A stretch of 63,792 nt of DNA, filler included, from Craspedostauros australis (lineage: Eukaryota): NCBI GenBank assembly GCA_030167865.1. It is 10 parts of 10 records of this genome, joined end to end, with 100 filler letters (N's around TTAATTAATTAA, not from the genome) between each part and the next. Parts side by side here need not be neighbours in the genome. Positions count along the whole stretch, not along the records: positions 57,923 to 59,702 come from JALAGF010000609.1; positions 59,803 to 61,541 come from JALAGF010000610.1; positions 61,642 to 63,792 come from JALAGF010000612.1; 7 more parts are not named here. The stretch is one strand, 5' to 3'. Below, piece after piece: positions 57,923-63,792 of this stretch. A program made the translations under genes and the position numbers. The notes beneath the pieces were generated by a model that ran no database searches, was not told where the DNA came from, and worked only from the letters and a program-made list of their open reading frames with translations. Positions within the stretch are counted from its first letter, which is position 1, and each line of letters begins with the position of its first letter.

Positions 57923-58179
57923 CTTCGAGGGGAATCTCCTGTGATGTCCTGTATGACAATGCGTGTGGGTTGTGTAGCCCAAGTACCGTGGGTCGAGATC
58001 CGTCGTATGGGTTCTGTGAGAGACAACGGGCGATGGTGCTCGTTGTTGTGGCTTTAGTTCCGTGCGTCGGTGTTTTGGCAATGGAGGGTGTCAGAAACTT
58101 GGTTATCGGAACCCCATTGGTTCCCTGACACGAATTCCGAAGATCCGCTTCAAGGTTCTGGATCTGTCTCCAAACGTGG
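57923..58179 (+). mobile_element. PPT-like tract plus LTR-like repeat, copy 1 (runs into an N gap)
   Basis: 257 bp identical to 59803-60059. Begins with GAGGGGA followed by TG. Confidence 0.7.
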
Positions 58180-58373
58180 NNNNNNNNNNNNNNNNNNNNN
58201 NNNNNNNNNNNNNNNNNNNNNNNNNNNNNNNNNNNNNNNNNNNNNNNNNNNNNNNNNNNNNNNNNNNNNNNNNNNNNNNNNNNNNNNNNNNNNNGAAACG
58301 TGAGTTGACTGAAAGCAAGAAAGCTAATCATAGTGTGGTTTGTTCCGCCGCCCAAGATGGCGGCGAGCGGGCT

Positions 58374-59702
58374 TCATTCGGGCTGTTCGTTGTTGTCGTA
58401 GAAGCCGCGGCGTTGGTGGCGGTTGGTGAGCATGGTCTCCAATGCCTCATTCAACGAGGAGGTGATGCTGACCTGCTGGACTTGGTTGATGTGGTCAAAC
58501 CCTCCGCGGAAAAGGATATCAGCGAGGGTTTGGATGACCATAGGAGTCCTCTCGTCGTTTTGGAGGACGGCCTTGATCTGAGCTGTGGGGTCGTGGGGCA
58601 TCTGGAACATGGATGGTTGCATCATCGCTGGTCCATGGTTGCTGGACATGATGTATCCAGACCGAAGACGTCGTGGCGATGGGTATGCGATCGCTGGTCG
58701 GGGCTCCGTCCGGGCCCTCTTGTTAGCGTTGCTGGTCTCCGGAGTGTTGGGAGTCAATGGTAGGGGATGGTTCAGGATGGGAAAACTGCGAGTGTTGGCG
58801 TCCGCATCCTCATTGTGGATCACAGGTGCCGGGTACGCGGTTGCTACCGGTACGTCGTCATCGATTGGTTCCTCCGGTAGTGTAGGAGGCTCTGGTTGTT
58901 CGTCTTGGGTTATGGGAGGCATCGGCTCTGCTGCCTCGGGAGGATTCTCCGCGGCCGTGGTGGGAGCTTTCTTCGCGTTGATGGTCCCACTCGTGGTTTT
59001 CTTGGCGGACCTGACCTGTTTGATCGTCTTGATTCCCGACATTCCCGAGGAAATGGTGGAGTCCTCGGATTCGTCGAAGAGCCCCTCTCTTTTGGGGCGA
59101 TTGCTTTGCTTGCTGTTGGTTCCAGAGCTGGGTCGTCGCGACGCTTGGTTCCGTTTGATCGGCTTGCCTTCTGGTCGGTAGATGGACCCAGAATCGTCAC
59201 TGTCGCCGGGCTCTGGGATGGACGCACTGTCCACGGAATGGTCGGTTGGGATCATGGGCTTTGGGCGTACCTTGTCGGTATACCCTTGTCCATCTCGCGT
59301 GGCGGTCAAGATTTTGGACGCCGGTGATGGTCGTGATGATCGTCTGACGGGAGGTCTGGGATGGCTGATCACCGCTCCACTCGCGATCTCTGCTTCCACG
59401 TCAATCACGCTTCCTGGGTCCTGCGATTCTTGGTCTCCATCGTGGTGCGCCTCTGATTCAGACTCCTGGTGGCTGGCTTCTTCTGCGGTCATCTTCTCGT
59501 CGAAGAATCCGTCAGGGATCTCATCCAGGAACCTGCCTTCTGGTGTCTCTCCCTCTTCGAGACTGGGACGGGTATCTTCGAGGGATGGTATCCCATTGAC
59601 CATCTCATCATCATCGGAAGGGGGAAAAGGCTCGTTCGCGAGTGCTTTCTTCTCTCGTGCGAAGTTGGTGGCGAGGGTGTCGCTTTGTTTCCGGACCATT
59701 CG
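58374..59702 (-). CDS. Low-complexity Pro/Ser/acidic ORF, 5'-partial, possibly retroelement-encoded
   Basis: At least 441 codons open to the contig end. No catalytic motif seen. Confidence 0.45.
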   Translation of the reverse strand, partial: RMVRKQSDTLATNFAREKKALANEPFPPSDDDEMVNGIPSLEDTRPSLEEGETPEGRFLDEIPDGFFDEKMTAEEASHQESESEAHHDGDQESQDPGSVIDVEAEIASGAVISHPRPPVRRSSRPSPASKILTATRDGQGYTDKVRPKPMIPTDHSVDSASIPEPGDSDDSGSIYRPEGKPIKRNQASRRPSSGTNSKQSNRPKREGLFDESEDSTISSGMSGIKTIKQVRSAKKTTSGTINAKKAPTTAAENPPEAAEPMPPITQDEQPEPPTLPEEPIDDDVPVATAYPAPVIHNEDADANTRSFPILNHPLPLTPNTPETSNANKRARTEPRPAIAYPSPRRLRSGYIMSSNHGPAMMQPSMFQMPHDPTAQIKAVLQNDERTPMVIQTLADILFRGGFDHINQVQQVSITSSLNEALETMLTNRHQRRGFYDNNEQPE

Positions 59703-59802
59703 NNNNNNNNNNNNNNNNNNNNNNNNNNNNNNNNNNNNNNNNNNNNTTAATTAATTAANNNNNNNNNNNNNNNNNNNNNNNNNNNNNNNNNNNNNNNNNN
59801 NN

Positions 59803-60177
59803 CTTCGAGGGGAATCTCCTGTGATGTCCTGTATGACAATGCGTGTGGGTTGTGTAGCCCAAGTACCGTGGGTCGAGATCCGTCGTATGGGTTCTGTGAG
59901 AGACAACGGGCGATGGTGCTCGTTGTTGTGGCTTTAGTTCCGTGCGTCGGTGTTTTGGCAATGGAGGGTGTCAGAAACTTGGTTATCGGAACCCCATTGG
60001 TTCCCTGACACGAATTCCGAAGATCCGCTTCAAGGTTCTGGATCTGTCTCCAAACGTGGAGTTCAGCGAAATGTCTGTTCGACCAACTGGAATGCAGGCG
60101 AGTCGGATGATTCGTAGTCTCTCTCACTAAGGTGGTTACTAGTTTAGCTCTATTATCCTGTTCCCAGCAAAGGTTCA
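59803..60177 (+). mobile_element. PPT-like tract plus LTR-like repeat, copy 2 (TG at 59820 to CA at about 60169-60177)
   Basis: Identical start to copy 1. The length of the N gap in copy 1 puts the divergence point near 60170. Confidence 0.65.
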
Positions 60178-61309
60178 ACCGGAGCGAATGGCCCAGAAAC
60201 CGTGACTGGAGTTGGTGACCTCTTGGTTCCGGACACCTGGAAGAACACCAACAAAGGATTCATGAAGGATCCATGAAGCGCGAAATGAAGTCCGCAGTCT
60301 GTCTGAACCTACAAGAGCGAAAGGATGGAAGAAGACACTCATAAACACCACATCAATAAGCCCCCGAGGCGTGGTCCAAGCAACAAACCAAACCGAACCA
60401 TCGCTCGATGCCGTTTTCCCAAGTTCTCTGGTCTAACTGCATGACACATTCTCATGGAGTAATAATGCCATGTCACACCACAGCGCATCACATCGCACCA
60501 TCCAGGATCATTCTGCGGTGGACTACAAGGCACGAAGACGAATACGAGTACGGATGACAAGCCGGCACAGGAAGTGACGCCGAACGTAGCACAAAACAAA
60601 ATCACATTCCATGTTGATGTTCAACTCGTTTTTTGTATCAAAGTCCATGTCGGCCTTTGTGTCAAACGCCATCATCAACTTCAACTTCATCAACCCCTTC
60701 ATCACCAAGTTCTCTGATGATGCGTGGCGCCTAACTGACGTATGCGATCTACTACATATTGGGGCAAGATGCTTCAGCTGATGGTGATGTGCGGATTGGA
60801 CTTCAGCTTCATGTTCCGTTGTGGTGCAGGCGCTGTAGTCGTGATGGAGTACGCCGAAGCGATGTACGAGTAAAACCCACGTACCAGCAATATCAAGATG
60901 GGTTGCGCAAGATGCACGTCGCATCGAGTCGTACCTACGGATATTCATCTTGCTTTCGTGCCATACTGTACCGAACGAATACTACACGAATAGTGCAATG
61001 GTGACAACAAAACGAGCTAGCGTACTATCTAGGCGCCACTCGCTGCTGCAGAAGTATTGTCGGTTAGATCATTGTTCTGCTCTTCATGTCAGAGGACTCT
61101 TTTGAGTTTATCCACTTCGGCCCACTTCCATGCAGTGTCATGCCCTGCTGTGATGTGGGTGCGGGGCGACAATGGATGTTTCGGATCTCACGGCGCGGTG
61201 CTCGAAGAACCTATCACGAAGCAAGCATGTGTGTGTATCTGCGTCCTACTGCATGTAACAGCAGGCAGCATGTGCTCGGATGTTATCTGGTCTTGATCAG
61301 GGTCTTTGC

Positions 61310-61541
61310 CTACACCACAGACAGCATCCAAGATGCGATGGCTGCCACCACACACGGTGCGATGATGCTGCTCATGGATGTCATGCGGAACGAGAACGCT
61401 GCACCGGAGGTCGGGGAACCGGATGGTGACATGGACGGAGCCCCGCTGGGTGACACAGACGGAGCCCCGCTGGGTGAAACGGATGGCGACCCGCTGGGTG
61501 ACACAGACGGAGATGCGGACGGCATTCCTGTGGGCGCATCA
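61310..61541 (-). CDS. C-terminus of a cell-surface protein with PSxSPSxA repeats and a GPI-signal-like tail (5'-partial)
   Basis: PSASPSVSPSGSPSVSPSGAPSVSPSGAPSMSPSGSPTSGAA (24-bp repeat), followed by hydrophobic IIAPCVVAAIASWMLSVV*. Confidence 0.75.
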
Positions 61542-61641
61542 NNNNNNNNNNNNNNNNNNNNNNNNNNNNNNNNNNNNNNNNNNNNTTAATTAATTAANNN
61601 NNNNNNNNNNNNNNNNNNNNNNNNNNNNNNNNNNNNNNNNN

Positions 61642-63576
61642 GTCTGCTGGGCCACTGATAATGTTGCAAAAGTTGTTTCTGTTCTGTTGTCCCTGTTCTG
61701 TGTTCTTGGGTTGGATGTCATTTCAACCTCGAATTCCAGGAGCAGCACCAATTTCATGTTGCCTTGTTCATCCATGTAGCCTTCCCATTCAACATCCTCT
61801 GCGGGTAGCTCAATCATCTCCTCTTCGTCAAGATCGAGAAAGTGAGCACCCCTCTTGCGCGAGTTGCCCCATCTCCAACTCCTCCTCGCTTCTGACCAAC
61901 CTGATTTCCTAGTCCACTTTGTAGTATTTGTTTTGGGACCATGCCTCTGGAGTAAACTATCCTTGGCATTTGTGGTCCAGCTTTTTGCTGCAGAAAAATG
62001 GTAGTTTGGAAATCAGTNNNNNNNNNNNNNNNNNNNNNNNNNNNNNNNNNNNNAAAAAGGTGCGATTGCGGCCGGACTTGTCTGTATCCACAGACACAAA
62101 CAATGTGTAGCCTGGGTCTTCGAAAGACCAAAGATTCAAGATGACCTCGCGCAGAGTGAGTCCTCATTTCAGCACTTCCACATCCAACTGCATGATAGAG
62201 TACATGCCCTCTGTCACCATTTTCTTTTCGAATGCGACCTGATGCGCTACCATCGAACTCAAGTTCGTGAGTTCCAAGGGTGGGTGATAGAACCGTTGGT
62301 CAAGAGCGTCCAGCATGAACCTCATCTGTTTGCCGAGGATGAGTACCGTGTCTGCGTGGTTGTTGACCATGTCGCTCCTTGCGACATGGCAGGATCTGGG
62401 CTTTGACTCACTGCACATTATGTGGGTGACCCTTGGCCAGTTGTGGTAGCCATCCAATTTGGATCGTCGTCCTCTCTTCTTCACCAGTTGAATCTTATGG
62501 ATGCGAAGTTGAACTACGCATTGGTTCTTCACAACCTCATGCTCATTGATGACTTCTGCCAAATCCTCCGTATTCATGGTGCTGTGGCTGCTGAACAGCC
62601 AGCCTGCTGCCACAATGTTGTGTTCCTGAATGTCAGACTTCCTGAAAGCCATTGCAGCTGTTACTAGTGTTCCATCATCCTCAAAAGTGTCGAGGTCCTG
62701 TTTGTGGGCAACCCAAATGCACATGTAGGTCATGAATCCTGTCCTTGCATAGAGACCCTCTACGAATTGCTTCAGCATCTCATAGCTGGTCCATGCAACG
62801 TCCACGGCCATCCAGGGTCATAGCTTTTTGCTTTTCTGCCATGCCAGGACTTTCGCCTTGGAGTCAGCGCGGAAAATGAATGCGCGTAACACGTTCAATC
62901 CTGCGATGACTTGCACCAACAGAGTATCACTGACCTCCCTTGACATTGGCAGACACACATCATATAAGCTCTTGTGAATGTTGCTGAGGACATCATTGAT
63001 GCTCACCAGTTCTCAAGCTTGTGGGTTCTTCCTTGGGTACACTGTTACTTGTTTTGGCTTGCACAACTTCTTTTTGGATGTGGGGTTGGAGAGTTGGCCT
63101 GTGGAACTTCTTCATCTTCGTTTTGTCGAGATGGATGCCCTTGACCTCCATGAATACCGTTCTTGCTGTAATCCAAGCAGCTGTCACATGTGTGGATAGG
63201 ATCTGTCCACTTTCCACATTGAAGAGGAGAAGATGTTGGACGTTGCCAACAGTCGCACCATGATTTGCACCATCAGCAGGTTGGATTCTGCAGTTAGTTT
63301 GTTGTCGTACGCGTCGCTGAACAGCTGCTTCCACTGTTCGAAGGATGCCCTGTCTGCCAGATCGTCCCTCATCTCCTTCATGAAAGCAATGGGCTCATCA
63401 AGTGCGCCCTCCTTCCCAGATGCAGCTTGGAAAGGTTCCAAGCCCCATGTCATCAGATTCCTCTTGCGGAGGATGTCACCCCAACTTCTCTTGTGCTGAT
63501 GACTCCAAGTCCAATGGTTCTTGTTTTCAGTGGGTTGCTTTTTTGGCGTCTTGTTGCCTGGAGAGTCGCTTGCCAC
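61642..63576 (-). pseudogene. Fragmented long ORF, probably a decayed retroelement gene
   Basis: Adjacent minus-strand ORF pieces (63184-63576, 62993-63334, 62818-63006, 62164-62811) separated by stops and frameshifts. Family not identified. Confidence 0.4.
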
Positions 63577-63792
63577 CTCGGCCTCCTTGTCCTGGACATC
63601 CTTGTGCCATGGTCAGCATCCATCGAGCACTCTGGTTGACTTTGCCAGAGCCGTTTTATGCGCCTGTGCGCACCATTGTCAAAGATTTTGTTCTAGTACT
63701 GATTCTACAGGTTCTACGTGAGAATTTTTGTGCTGGTCCTACATACGTCATCAACTGTGGAAGAGCCATGGGACATTCTTTAGTAGGCAAAA

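Overview
This is eukaryotic nuclear DNA, almost certainly from a diatom. Evidence: bipartite ASAFAP-type plastid-targeting presequences, diatom-type Ty1/copia (CoDi-like) retroelements, and short GT-AG introns. The window is not contiguous: ten contigs are joined by artificial 100-nt N/TTAATTAATTAA/N linkers, so gene neighbourhood is only meaningful within a contig. Host genes: mitochondrial ribosomal protein L3, a plastid-targeted PPR-SMR protein, an IAH1-like SGNH esterase, a thioredoxin-like/DUF4395 fusion, uroporphyrinogen-III C-methyltransferase, a sulfotransferase-like type II membrane protein, three tandem GT61 glycosyltransferases, GRASP55/65, a plastid class-3 lipase, Rab11, a 3-exon cytoplasmic dynein-1 heavy chain, sterol C5-desaturase, a 5'-truncated Pls/PosA-type NRPS terminal domain, and a GPI-type PS-repeat C-terminus. 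Mobile DNA: a PIF/Harbinger-like element with two nested repeat arrays, several copia fragments and LTRs, and probable DNA-transposon ends. The most interesting leads are the poly(amino acid) synthetase-like membrane domain, the Trx-DUF4395 fusion next to the siroheme gene, the dynein lacking its C-terminal cap, and the frame-preserving higher-order repeat fused to the Harbinger transposase. All family calls come from motif recognition by eye; no database searches were run.
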